A stretch of DNA of 64,000 nucleotides from an uncultured delta proteobacterium (GCA_963733195.1 CAVTCR010000056.1:64001-128000); one strand, 5' to 3'. Counted from the stretch's first letter, positions 9,804 through 20,734 are shown. A program made the numbers and translations. The notes: generated by a model not told the origin, from the letters alone.

Positions 9804-10821
9804 ATGCCTGAACCTTTGAAAGCAGAAATGCCAATTTTGATGGAGATCCTTGGTGGTGCCGATCGTGCGGCGCTTTTGCTCGGCGCGGCGCAACTCGACT
9901 TATTTTCTCCGCTGGGAACTGGCCCCGCTACTGCGGCTGATGTCGCAAAACACACTAGCCTGCCGTTGCGAGGTGTCGTACGTGTGCTCAATGCATGTGC
10001 AGCCCTTGGTTTTGTCACCAAAGAAGGTGAGCGTTACCGGAACTCTCCCTTGGCTGACACTTTTCTTGTCAAAGGTAAACCAGGATACGTTGGTGGCATG
10101 ATTAACCAGACCGCAGATCGTTATGCGGCCTGGAGCAAAATGCCTGAAGCGGTACGAACCGATAAACCGGTCTTGCCGTTGACGGGAGCGGAACTGTTTA
10201 ACGCTCCACCTGAAGTACTCGATAACTATGTCCACGGCCTCTTCGATATGGGCAAAGGCCTGGCTCAACGTATTAGTGGTCTAGTGGATCTCAGCTCGTG
10301 TCGCTCTTTACTCGATGTGGCAGGTGGTTCGGGGGTGTATTCGATTCTCTTCTGTCGTCAGTTGCCGCAACTCAAAGCCACGATTTTTGAACTACCGCCG
10401 ATTCTCCAACGGGCGCGACAAATTATTGCACGTGAGGGGATGACGGAGCGAGTCAGTACACGGGAAGGAAATTACTTTACTGATGATTTCGGCTCGGGCT
10501 GGGATGCGATTCTGTTGTCCAATATGTTGCAAACCGAAGGCCGACAGACGTGTCACATGGTGCTGAAAAAAGCCTTTGCCGCGCTCAATCCGGGTGGTAA
10601 GTTATTGGTTCACGGCATTATGCCTGATGTCGATCGTATCAGCCCAGCGCAACCAGTTTTGTTCTCGGTGTTTATGATGTTAGTCTTCCCCGAAGGTGAG
10701 GCGTATCCAGCAGAGGAGATCATTGATTGGGCGCAAGAGACGGGATTTGTCGAAGGGCAGAAAATTGCTACTTCCTCCTCCGGCGTTTTCCTCATTGGTT
10801 GTGGCGCGGAAGCCGGGGTAG
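9804..10821 (+). CDS. SAM-dependent O-methyltransferase with dimerisation domain (indel near 3' end)
   Basis: LLDVAGGSG motif; alternative frame ends SSLVVARKPG* at 10821. Confidence 0.85.
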
Positions 10822-10925
10822 AAACACAACTCTCGACGGTAGGGATTATGGTCGAACGTCGAGGTCGGATAACAACGTGATTTGGTAGGGCAGGCGTTGA
10901 AAACCTGCCCTTTTTTTCTTGTCCT

Positions 10926-13900
10926 ATGGTAGGTCGTGGATTACTAAATCAGTTACACCCCCGTCACGTCCGTTGGTGGCAGTGGCTTGCCCTCGTCCTT
11001 CTCGCAATCGTCCTTCTCGTCCGTTCGTGGCTTCCTGAATTCCTCCGTCGACAGATTGTTGCCAAGATTGCTTCCACTACACCCGCACATATCCAACTCG
11101 CTGACGCCGATATTAATCTGCTTCGTGGATATCTAGCCCTACAACAACTCACCTTCACGTTGGACGGTGACACTCAGCCTGTCCTTACGATCAACGACCT
11201 TGCGGTCAATGTCAGTCTACGCGCGTTGCTGCGCCGGAGAATCGTCATTGAAGATGTCCACGTCAATGGTGTCCACGTTCAAGTGGTGCACGAAGCAAGC
11301 GGGCAGTTCAATCTCAATCGCTTGTTTCCGTCATTGCCATCAGAACCGGAAGAGCCGCCATCGGATTTGCCAACGTTAACCGTTCAGCACATCCGTATTA
11401 CTGACAGTCAACTTACTTACCATGACCTCACTCGCACCCCTGGAGTGCGCTTCCCGTTAGCAATAGCTGAGCTTACGGCTGCCGATATTGCACTCCAAGC
11501 GAACGGATTAATTGCTCCGGTAGCTATGGAAATGAACGGTACGCTTGATAACAATCCACTGAGAGGAGAGGCGCAAGTAGCGTGGCAGCGAGCACGGGCG
11601 TCGATTGACGCAAAACTTGAAACGAAACAATTGGCACTCGCGACGATTGATCCCTACCTCCGCAACGTTCTTGCTGTACAAAAAGTGACAGGCCAGTTGG
11701 GAGTAAGCCTTCAGTATCGTTATCACAGCGGAACCCAAACTCCTCTGCACCTACTTAGCGGAATAGTGAACGTGGATCACTTGCAGATTGTCGATCCAAC
11801 CAGTAAGCAAGTAGCCCTCGAAGTTCCCAACGGTCATGTTTCAATTGACACTATCGACCTCCTTACGCATAACGTGCGCTTGCAATCAATTGAGCTAAAA
11901 AATCCGAAGCTTTTCCTCGTTCAGAGTGACGTGGGTTTTAATGTTGCCTCATGGGTGCGAACTGCCGAAGCGACAAATCCCTCTCCTTTGCATGACCACA
12001 GTTCGTCTCCGTGGAAATTCTCTCTTCCCGTTGTCAAATGGACTGGTGGGGAGTTACTCTACCGTGACAGTAGATGGCCAGAGAAAGAAACCTTAACGAT
12101 ACAGCCGGAGGAAATCATCACGAGTGACCTGAGCAGTGATATGAAGGAACTTCCTTTCCAGTTTCGTACTCGCGTTGGAGATGGCGGACTGACAGGGGAG
12201 GGACGAGTTCAGTTGTCACCATTCGGCTTACAACTCTCGCTTCAACCGAGTGAACTAGAGGTTGCAACTTTAGAGCCGTTGCTGACTCCAATCCTTGCTG
12301 CAAAGAGGGCGCGTGGCAAAGTAACCGGTACCCTGCAAACCAGCATTACTGAACAGGATGGAGTGCGGAGCATCCACACGCATGGGGTTGTGGAGACACG
12401 AGAATTCACACTTAATGACATTCCTGAACAAGGCGAGGCCGTGAGTTGGCAACAGGGCAAGATCGAGATTGGCGAAGGCAGCACCCTCTCACCATTTTCT
12501 CTTCACCTCAAACCAGACCTGACTCAAGTGATTCTCAAACGAGCAGCAAACAATGATCTTGTGGTCGAAAAGGCGACTGGCGATATACGACTTGCTCAAG
12601 CAACTGCGGTTGACGGCCAAACCCAGGTGGCGATCGCCGGCACTCTTGAGACAACGAAACTTTCTCTCAATGGTTTACCACAAGACATCAATGTACTCGC
12701 ATGGGACAGTGGGCAAATCGAGCTCCGCGAGGGAAGCACGTTTGTGCCTCTCGTCCTCAAGCTCAAGGCTCAAGTTTCGCAGCTTGCTTTACGCCAGTTG
12801 CCACAGGGAGATGTGACAATAGAAAAAGCCAACGGCGATCTTCGGCTAATACAAGAGGATGGAGAACAGCAGACGTCAGTCTTCAAAGCCCACGGCCTTG
12901 TCGAATTCACCAATTTTGCACTGACTCACAGAGAAGAGAAGCAAATCTTATTAGGTTGCTATCACGGGAAAGCTACGATCAATGAAGGTAGTCGCGTGCT
13001 TCCTCTCGACATCAAGTTGCGTGATGTCGCTTTGGAATACACCTATGCACAAGGTATACGTCTGCCCGCCGGGAAATTCCAGCTTTTTATTCCGCCGGTC
13101 AAAACACAGAGTGTGAACAACCCACCATTGACGCCTGCACAGCCGGAGACCGGCGCAGTGCCTGACTCCCTCAGTGTCGCTACGACTTCCCCATCAACTG
13201 TGCCTCTAGCTTCGCCGCCAGCGCATGAGATACCTGCAACAAACGTGTCAATTCAGATCGATCGTGCCACGATCATCGGCGGACAATTATATTTTGAAGA
13301 TCACACAGTGACACCACCCCAAACGGTGTACTGGCAAGATGTACGTGTCAACCTCAGTCGTGCTGGATATCCTACGCTGCTGCCCGCAACATTCGCCGGG
13401 TCTGCTTACAATGAAGACGGTGCGCCAGTCGAGTTCAAAGGGACCACCGAGCGAAAGGGCGAACAGTCAATTATCCGCGTCCAGGGTAAAGTCGAGAAGA
13501 TGTCACTGCCACGTTTCAATTCTTATTTGGAGCCTGGTCTGGGTTATCGAGTAAAGAAAGGGGCGGTGTCAGCGACATGGGACCTTGTCCTGCCAGGCGA
13601 TCGGGTGCAAGCGAACATGACAGTCACCCTGCACGACATCAACCTTGGTGGCAAACAGCAGGTGTCGGAGTTGGAACAGCAGGTGGGGTTGCCCCTCGTG
13701 CTAGTGATCGCTCTACTCAAGGACCTAAACGGTGACATCAACTTGCAGTTGCCGGTGAATGGCCGAGTCAATGAGCCAGGATTTCAATGGCGTGGAACTA
13801 TCATTCGCGCAGTGCGCGACGTGATTATAGGCGCTGTGGCTTCACCTCTTAAACTCCTGGGAGCTTTGTTTAAAGGAAAAGATAAGTTGGAAGGCTTCAC

Positions 13901-14439
13901 CCTTGAGCCGATTAGATTCACACCGGGAACTATACAGATAGCGGAAACCAGTAAAGGGCAACTCTCGCAGACTGGCGTTTTTTTTGACACAACGTCCGAA
14001 ACTCGATCTCCGTTTCAGTGGCATAACCGGCCCGGACGATCTCGAACTCTTGCGCGACCAGATGATTCTCAATCAAGTTCCGACGAAACCCCCACCAAGC
14101 GGAAATGAAAGCGAAGCGGCACTACAAGTGAGCCCACAGGATGAAGTGCGTCAGTTTCTGGCAAAGAAATTAACACCTTCAGAAAGCGGGACAGTCCCAC
14201 CGTTATCTGCCCAGGCAACCAACTTGCTGACGCAGCTACGCAAAAACGCTACAGTGCCTGCGGATGAAACTGCGCGGTTAGCCAGCGACCGCGTACAGGT
14301 GGTGATCGCCGAACTTACCACTCACCATGCGATTGCTGCTGAGCGGCTTCACATCAGCCCTGAGAAGCAACGTGGTGCAGGAAGTGCTGAGGTGCGGTAT
14401 ACGCTTCAGACGCGGGAGGAGAAAGAAAGTAGTCAGTAG
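10926..14439 (+). CDS. DUF748 (AsmA-like) envelope protein, frameshift near 13970
   Basis: N-terminal TM, repeated beta-strand DUF748 units, LPLVLVIALLKDLNGDINLQLPV motif; continues in ORF 13984-14439. Confidence 0.8.
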
Positions 14440-14530
14440 CCAGTAGAAAAAGGCTAGAGGCTATAGGCTGTAGGGGTAAGGAAAAGCGGCAGTAGCGTGC
14501 GAAATGCGCACGAATCAATTCGGAGGATCT

Positions 14531-14992
14531 ATGATCCATCTATCAGCTCATACTTGGGACACTCTGTGTCAACACGCGCAGGAGATCTTTCCTGACGAAT
14601 GTTGTGGCGCGATTCTCGTGGAAAATGATCGGGAGGAAGTACGGCGCATTCCCAACATCCAGAACGCCATGCATGCGAAAGATCCGCAACAGTTTCCACG
14701 TGATGCGACGATTGCCTACTTCATGGACCCGAAAGAGTTACTAGTAGTGAACAAAGAAGTCGATAGTGGAAAAGTGACACTCAAAGCCCTCTATCACTCC
14801 CATCCTAATCATGACGCGTACTTTTCTGCTGAAGACAAACATCAAGCACTGTTCGGTGACGAGCCGTCGTATCCTGATACGGCCTACTTAGTAATTTCAG
14901 TCTACAACCGCCAGGTGCGAAATATTAAAGCGTATCGGTGGGATGAGACAACAAAAGATTTTGTTGAGACTGAGTTGAGGACCAATGTGTAG
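14531..14992 (+). CDS. JAB/Mov34 (M67) metallopeptidase, Mec-like
   Basis: PDECCG, YHSHP...S..D JAMM motif; GGAGG RBS. Confidence 0.9.
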   Translation: MIHLSAHTWDTLCQHAQEIFPDECCGAILVENDREEVRRIPNIQNAMHAKDPQQFPRDATIAYFMDPKELLVVNKEVDSGKVTLKALYHSHPNHDAYFSAEDKHQALFGDEPSYPDTAYLVISVYNRQVRNIKAYRWDETTKDFVETELRTNV

Positions 14993-15283
14993 CGAGCCAC
15001 GCTTCGGGAACAGGTTCTTTCGGAGCGCGCGATAAAATGTCACTGTTCAGCCGTGTTATTTTGCCAGACCTGCAAAATAATGTTGAGCGGGGAATTCGAG
15101 GAAAAAAGAATTAACCCTTGCAAATCGTAGAGGAATCGCGCGGGATCGCGGCAATATCAGCGGTATGTTATTTTGCAGGAGTGGCAAGGATTGCCAACTT
15201 TCTTTGGGCCAACGAACATGCGTTAGCCATCCGACAAGGGCCAGCACCACCCGTGAGCGGGAAAGAGTGAGAGGACAGACGAA

Positions 15284-16309
15284 ATGAGCAGTAATGAGAG
15301 AAGCCTGATCCGTAAAGCTGATTATGTTGATCGTCTGCTAGACGAGGGGCTAGGGCTAGATGAAACTGGCGACTCCGAGATGACGACCTGGGAGGAACTG
15401 CTGAGGCGGAATGAAATCGAGCCCCCGAAGTCGCGTTTGGGGTTAGCGACTCTCGATAAAGTCGTCTACTGTGCCACTGGAATCGCGGGGGGAGTACTCA
15501 ACCTGACGCAGTCGTACTCGAAGGTGATGACGAATGAAGGGCTGCACCAGAAGTTCAATAAGCTCTCGAATGACTACATCGAGAAGGTAACGGGCCAGAA
15601 GGGGATTACCTCCATTGACAACTACAAAGGCGGTGGTGTCTCCCATCGTCTCGTTGGCCCAGGCCATGACCTTACGCGCTTTTTCGAAACCATTGCTCAG
15701 ATGATGTGCGGCGAATTCCTATCCAACGTACACGGGGTGGAGCACATTGCAAGCAGGTACCGCACCGGCAGTGCAGAGTACCTGCCGATTGAAGACCCTG
15801 TGGATGCAGCCATCATCCTGATCCTTCACCTCATCGGGGATTTCTTCTCGAAGCAGAGTCTGCCAATCCCAGGCAGGACAAGGCTGGCCGAGTCAGAATG
15901 TGTTGAGGTGGTCCGTGAGGTCTTCAAAGAATTCAGGAACGGCGACAACCTTAGGAAACAGGTTGCAACCTTCCTAAGCAACTTATCCAGTGCGATATTC
16001 ATCTCGCTCGTGCTGCGCCTTTACCGTTACATGGACCTTTTCATTGTTGAAAGCCAGAAGCCAGGGTTGAAGCAGTTGCAGCTTGGAGAGGACTTCAAAT
16101 ACCATCTCCTGAATCGCAACGCGCAAACCATAGCCTTCGTTATCTCCACAGGCAGGGCTGTTTTCAGCGGCAACCCTGCCGACGTAAATTACCTGAGCTT
16201 CATCCAGGTCGTTCGTAGCGGTGCGTCAATAAACCGGCTTTCGCTCCAAGAGCAGGATAATCTGCTTGCCGAGTTCTCCATCATCAGGAATCAAGTAGCG
16301 GCGTTGTAA
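15284..16309 (+). CDS. Hypothetical 341-aa protein (cassette 1, gene A)
   Basis: Long ORF with RBS after GTTAGCC (15222); HRLVGPGHD and HLIGD..S..LP.P motifs; several hydrophobic helices. Confidence 0.8.
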   Translation: MSSNERSLIRKADYVDRLLDEGLGLDETGDSEMTTWEELLRRNEIEPPKSRLGLATLDKVVYCATGIAGGVLNLTQSYSKVMTNEGLHQKFNKLSNDYIEKVTGQKGITSIDNYKGGGVSHRLVGPGHDLTRFFETIAQMMCGEFLSNVHGVEHIASRYRTGSAEYLPIEDPVDAAIILILHLIGDFFSKQSLPIPGRTRLAESECVEVVREVFKEFRNGDNLRKQVATFLSNLSSAIFISLVLRLYRYMDLFIVESQKPGLKQLQLGEDFKYHLLNRNAQTIAFVISTGRAVFSGNPADVNYLSFIQVVRSGASINRLSLQEQDNLLAEFSIIRNQVAAL

Positions 16310-16310
16310 A

Positions 16311-16757
16311 ATGCCTGGACCTGCTCCCGTAATCGTCGCTATAGTTATTAGTGCTGCCGTTGGTGGTGCAGTGATCTACTTTTTCGTGTCGAACAAGGCG
16401 GGTGCGCGACGCGAGGAGTACATGCATGAGGTGAATGCAGTGCTCGACTTGCTCAGGCAGAAGGCCGAAAAGTTAGTCGAACGGATTCGGAAGCTTGAGA
16501 AAGAGACAACAGAAGCCAGACGGGAGAAGGAGAGGCTAGAAACCGAGCTCTCCGCTACCAAGCGCGAGTTAGAGAAGCTGAAGGCAGAAGCTGCAAATTG
16601 GCAACAGGCTGAGTCGGCGCATGGCCTCACGACGAGGGTTGCCCTTGTCCGTAGTTCAGCCGTCCTGAGTGCTGTACGATACAGACCGAAGAAGGCGTTG
16701 CAACACCTTAAGGAGAGAGAGCGAGAACTGAAGCAGGAGTTAACCGAACTGGATTGA
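16311..16757 (+). CDS. Single-TM coiled-coil protein (cassette 1, gene B)
   Basis: Hydrophobic N-terminal helix then heptad-rich charged region; 1 nt after gene A. Confidence 0.8.
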   Translation: MPGPAPVIVAIVISAAVGGAVIYFFVSNKAGARREEYMHEVNAVLDLLRQKAEKLVERIRKLEKETTEARREKERLETELSATKRELEKLKAEAANWQQAESAHGLTTRVALVRSSAVLSAVRYRPKKALQHLKERERELKQELTELD

Positions 16758-16775
16758 GGGGTAACGGCTAGGGAT

Positions 16776-16898
16776 GTCTAACCCGCTGCTGTATGCCCAC
16801 GCAGGGCTCGACGAGCTGGCTTCGTTCGAGCGCAGGAGTCTCCTTGCTTCGTGTGAACGCTGTGCTGCCCTGCGCGGGTGAGTAGCAAATCGTTAGCC
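16776..16898 (+). other. attC site
   Basis: R'' GTCTAAC, R' GTTAGCC, imperfect stem CCCACGCAGGGC/GCCCTGCGCGGG, 123 bp. Confidence 0.75.
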
Positions 16899-16951
16899 GT
16901 CAACAGAGTGTCAAGTAATAAAAATCCAACCTTTCACAGGAGGAAGCATCA

Positions 16952-17754
16952 ATGGCTGAACTTCCGCTGATTGATCCTGATGACGAGCTTCTGCCTCTCC
17001 TTCGGTCCGCGCCTAATACTTTTCTCGATCCGCTTGTTGCCTATATCACAAACAACAGCGAAGGACGCCTTACCTCTCAACTTGACGACACTGCAGTTTA
17101 CGCTGCCCACTACCCAAATCACTCAGTCTATGTTGATGAGATTGCCGCTGAAATCCAGAAATTTGGCGGGAATACCATTATGAACTTCTTCCGTGGAGGG
17201 AAAGGGTTCCATACATTGAGGTGGTTCGTGATGTGGCTCGCCAATTAAAAGTCAACTTCAACGATTCTATGGACGCTGGAAGTATCGAGTTGCAAATTCT
17301 TCTTCGCATCCTCGAAAAAGCCTATCAGAAGATGACAGAAGAGGAACGCCAGGAGTTTCTTTTGAGCATTGGTCTGGAGTATGGAAAAGTGCCCGATTCC
17401 TTACCTATCATTGCGATCCAGGCAGCTCTTGGCGCGGCAGGATTTTTGGCTTATCAACTCGCCGTTATTGTAGCTAATGCTGTGGCACGCCAGATTCTCG
17501 GGCGTGGATTATCTCTGACTCTGAATCGGACATTAGCGAAGTCACTGAACGTTTTGGTTGGACCAATCGGGTGGGCCGTTACCGCCTTGTGGACCTTGGT
17601 AGATATCGCTGGTCCAGCCTATCGGGTAATTATCCCGTGTGTTGTTCAAATTGCGGCGATTCGCCAGCAAAGTCTGAGACAGATGTGTCCTGAAGGGCAC
17701 CTGAACTCAGCCCGAGCGAAATTCTGTGCTGAATGTGGTGCTTCCTTAGGGTAG
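16952..17754 (+). CDS. YaaW/DUF3944-like protein with C-terminal zinc ribbon (frameshift ~17205)
   Basis: AEIQKFGGNT..N.FRGGKG, GPIGW, GPAYRV.IPCVVQIA.IR; tail CPEGH...KFCAECG. Confidence 0.8.
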
Positions 17755-17781
17755 AAGAAGGAAAAATGCTTCCAGGCTGCC

Positions 17782-17890
17782 GCCTAACGAACCTACGATA
17801 GGGGAACGCGGCTCTTCTGGCGGTTTGGGATGAGCGTGACATGAAAAAATTCGTTTCAGAGCCGTGCCCTTGATCGGACGTGCGATGACA
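17782..17890 (+). other. Degenerate attC site
   Basis: R'' GCCTAAC, stem GGGGAACGCGGCTCT/AGAGCCGTGCCCTT; R' degenerate. Confidence 0.5.
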
Positions 17891-18499
17891 CGCAGACCAC
17901 TTAGTAAACAGATGCGCGTCCAGATTCTTGCACGCGATGAGTACCGTTGCTTGATGTGTGGTCGCGAGAAAGACGAGGTAGCCCTCGAAGTTGATCACGT
18001 AATTCCTGTAGCTACAGGTGGCACGGATGAACTTGAGAACTTGGCTACTCTTTGCCGAGACTGCAATAGGGGGAAGTCAGCCTATCGATTTTCGGATTAT
18101 CGAAACATGAATGTCATTCCGGAGGAGCTTCAGCAGAATTTTAAGTTTTTTCATGATGCACGTTCCGGTGATTTTGAGCAGTTCCATCTCTTTCTTTACT
18201 ACAAGAACGGAATTCATCCTGGCACCACAGATGACAAGTTCCACCACCCCTGGAAGATCTCTGGTACATCGTATGACACATCGTCAGATCAGGCTGCACT
18301 CATTAAGCGGCGTCGCGAGGAGGAAGAAACGAAGTTTCTCGCCGAAATCAAGAGACAACTCATTCTTGAAGGGAAGCGGTTGGTCATTAATGAAGAGGGT
18401 ATTTGCAAAGTCGACGGCTTACAAACCGTTCCACCGAATTGCCGCCCGCTTGCGGTTCTGAATGAACGTGAGAGGATACGGTTGGGCGACAAACGGTGA
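17885..18499 (+). CDS. HNH endonuclease cassette gene (reads through its attC)
   Basis: ILARDEYRCLMCG..LEVDHVIP..GG...NLATLCRDCNRGKS. Confidence 0.88.
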   Translation: MTRRPLSKQMRVQILARDEYRCLMCGREKDEVALEVDHVIPVATGGTDELENLATLCRDCNRGKSAYRFSDYRNMNVIPEELQQNFKFFHDARSGDFEQFHLFLYYKNGIHPGTTDDKFHHPWKISGTSYDTSSDQAALIKRRREEEETKFLAEIKRQLILEGKRLVINEEGICKVDGLQTVPPNCRPLAVLNERERIRLGDKR

Positions 18500-18514
18500 C
18501 CGGGACCGTTAGCC
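18416..18514 (+). other. attC site (R'' mutated to GGCTTAC)
   Basis: CACCG..GCCGCCC / GGGCGAC..CGGTG stem, R' GTTAGCC; paralog of the intron-split attC. Confidence 0.8.
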
Positions 18515-18566
18515 AGCAACAAGAGAAGTCATAGAAAAGCACAGGAAGGCAATTTATAAGGCGGGC

Positions 18567-19024
18567 ATGGATCGTCAAAATCCGAAAAGACTTTACCTTG
18601 ACATTTGTACCCTTTGCCGTCCTTTCGATGACCAAAGCCAGATGCGTATCCGCCTTGAGACCAATGCTTACTACTTGATCCTCCAAGCCCTTCAGGATGC
18701 ACACTATACAATGGTTGTCTCTCCCGTGCATTTTGCAGAAGCCAATGCGATCAGCGACGTAGAAGAAAGACGAGAAATCATAACGATGCTGGAGAGACTT
18801 GGGACAGCGGCTGAATGCGACGTAGCAACAGCAAGGGCAAGAGCAGAAGATCTCCACGCCAAAAAATTTGGCCTTGCCGATGCTGCGCACGTGGCGTTTG
18901 CTGAGGCCACGGCGGACGTTTTCTCTCGTGCGATGATCGCTTGGTAAAGAAGTGCCGAAGGGAAAAGGTCGCGGTGACAACCATGAACCCGGTCGAATTT
19001 ACTATCGCGGAGGACCTAAAGTGA
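18567..19024 (+). CDS. PIN-domain toxin (frameshift ~18925)
   Basis: LYLDICTLCRPFDDQSQ.RI.LE, DAAHVAFAE; other frame continues CDDRL...MNPVEF. Confidence 0.8.
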
Positions 19025-19245
19025 AAGCCAGTGTATTTACGGACGAGGAACAACTGATTACGAAAGCGATAGCTATCTTGGTTAAGGAACTCGGACCGGT
19101 TGAAGCGAGCCGGTTCTTAGCCTTACCGAGAAAGAAGCGCGTGGAATCGGTGAAACGCCATCGACAATGGCAAGCGCAGTTACAGCAAGAAGAGTTCTTT
19201 GCCCACGTATTCGGCGCACGGTCGAAAGGACCTGAGAGGAGGTAA
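19021..19245 (+). CDS. Putative antitoxin of the PIN toxin
   Basis: GTG overlaps toxin stop; ILVKELGPVEASRFL motif typical of PIN-associated small partners. Confidence 0.7.
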   Translation: MKASVFTDEEQLITKAIAILVKELGPVEASRFLALPRKKRVESVKRHRQWQAQLQQEEFFAHVFGARSKGPERR

Positions 19246-19304
19246 GAGTCCTCCCAGTGAGACGTTGGCTAACCAACGCGTTGCACTGAAGCCAGGCCTT
19301 TGGC

Positions 19305-19460
19305 AAGAATCCCGTTTATTATGTTCTTGGACAAACCACGTCTGGTCGGTATCTCTTTTGTGTCGTGATACAATTTCCCGATGGTAAGGGGTTTCCGGTG
19401 ACCGCACGCTCGATGACGCTTAAAGAGAAGCGACGCTTCAATCAATGGAGAAAACGATGA
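19305..19460 (+). pseudogene. BrnT-like toxin, 3' half only
   Basis: Manual translation NPVYYVLGQTTSGRYLFCVVIQFPDGKGFPVTARSMTLKEKRRF; follows truncated attC (GGCTAAC 19267). Confidence 0.7.
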
Positions 19461-19717
19461 AGACCTCAAAGATGCCCCGAATTGACTCAATCGAAGAACT
19501 CGCGCGATTTTGGGACACCCATGACCTTACAGAGTTCAAGGGCGAATTGGAGGAGGTTAGCGATCCTGTCTTTGAACGAAGACCAGGGACAGTCGTCTCG
19601 CTGCATCTACGACCCCAAGAGGCTGCGGCAGTAAAACGGGTGGCCAAAGCCAGAGGGATAGAAGAGGCTACCCTGCTGCGAGAATGGGTGTTGGAAAAGC
19701 TACAAGCCAGCGCATAG
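19457..19717 (+). CDS. CopG/BrnA-like antitoxin
   Basis: SIEELARFWDTHDLTEF and C-terminal RHH-like segment; ATGA overlap with toxin remnant. Confidence 0.8.
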   Translation: MKTSKMPRIDSIEELARFWDTHDLTEFKGELEEVSDPVFERRPGTVVSLHLRPQEAAAVKRVAKARGIEEATLLREWVLEKLQASA

Positions 19718-19864
19718 CAACCCCTAATGAAACCACTGCGTCTGCCCTCGCCTCCACGTTGCGGATCTAAATGACTCCGGACGGCAGCGGTTTAGCGGCG
19801 GCAGGTGACTGGCAACGCTGCATACCACGCAATCCGAACCGATGTCACAGAGAATTTCTTCTTT

Positions 19865-20734
19865 TTACAATCCCGCCTGTTTGAAGGTATCGCAAGTGTT
19901 AATATCGCCACTCTGCATTCCTATCCGGAACCACTGGACGCGTTGCTGAGAAGAACCATGCGTGAAACCGTCAGGATTCACCCGACGACCAGCCATCTTT
20001 TGCATGCGATCATCTCCGATCGCAGCAGCGGCATTCAATCCTTCTTCAACGTCACCCTGCTCAAGAATCTGCCGTTGGCTATGCGCGTGATTAGCCCAGA
20101 CACCAGCGTAACAATCTGCCTGTAACTCCATCAGCACAGATAACGCATTGGCCTGTTCTTGACTGCTAGCCTGACTCTGGTATTGCCGAAACTTGCGTTC
20201 GGTGCCGATCACATTCTGTATATGGTGGCCGACTTCGTGGGAAATGACGTACGCAACTGCAAAATCCCCCGAGGCCCCTATCCGACGGAGTTCGTTGAGA
20301 AAGCTGAGATCGAGATAGACTTTCTGATCTCTTGGACAATAAAAGGGGCCTGTGGCTGAGGAGTTCAGCCCACAGGCAGATTCAATCCCGTCAGAAAATA
20401 ATACTAACTTTGGTGCTGGGTACCGCTGTCCGGATCCCGAGAACATTTTTCCCCATACATCCTCAGTACTCGCCAAGATAACTGAGACGAACTGCGCGGC
20501 TTCATCGTTTCCGGCCGGTCGCGGTTGCGGTTGCGAATCGGTGGAAACCCCAATGTTCGACTGCGAGAATATTTGTAAAAGCTCCAAGGGATTTTGTCCG
20601 AGGAGGAGTCCGATGACAAGGAGTAGTAAGGTCATACCCCCGCCAAGCTTCATACCCCTCGGTATCCTACGAGAGGAGCCTTCGTAGCGAACATCCTCAA
20701 CGTTTTCACTTTGTCGTTCGCCTCTCCAGCGCAT
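19865..20734 (-). CDS. ypfJ: Neutral zinc metallopeptidase (YpfJ family)
   Basis: MRW...S.NVED, GPFYCP.D.KVY.D, HEVGHHIQ, ELQADCYAG, FTHGSS. Confidence 0.92.
   Translation of the reverse strand: MRWRGERQSENVEDVRYEGSSRRIPRGMKLGGGMTLLLLVIGLLLGQNPLELLQIFSQSNIGVSTDSQPQPRPAGNDEAAQFVSVILASTEDVWGKMFSGSGQRYPAPKLVLFSDGIESACGLNSSATGPFYCPRDQKVYLDLSFLNELRRIGASGDFAVAYVISHEVGHHIQNVIGTERKFRQYQSQASSQEQANALSVLMELQADCYAGVWANHAHSQRQILEQGDVEEGLNAAAAIGDDRMQKMAGRRVNPDGFTHGSSQQRVQWFRIGMQSGDINTCDTFKQAGL

Noticed and set aside
14531-14992. JAB peptidase as part of a CBASS/ubiquitin-like defence system with the downstream genes
   Set aside because: It looks like a stand-alone Mec-type enzyme outside the first cassette boundary; no E1/E2 or cyclase is adjacent.
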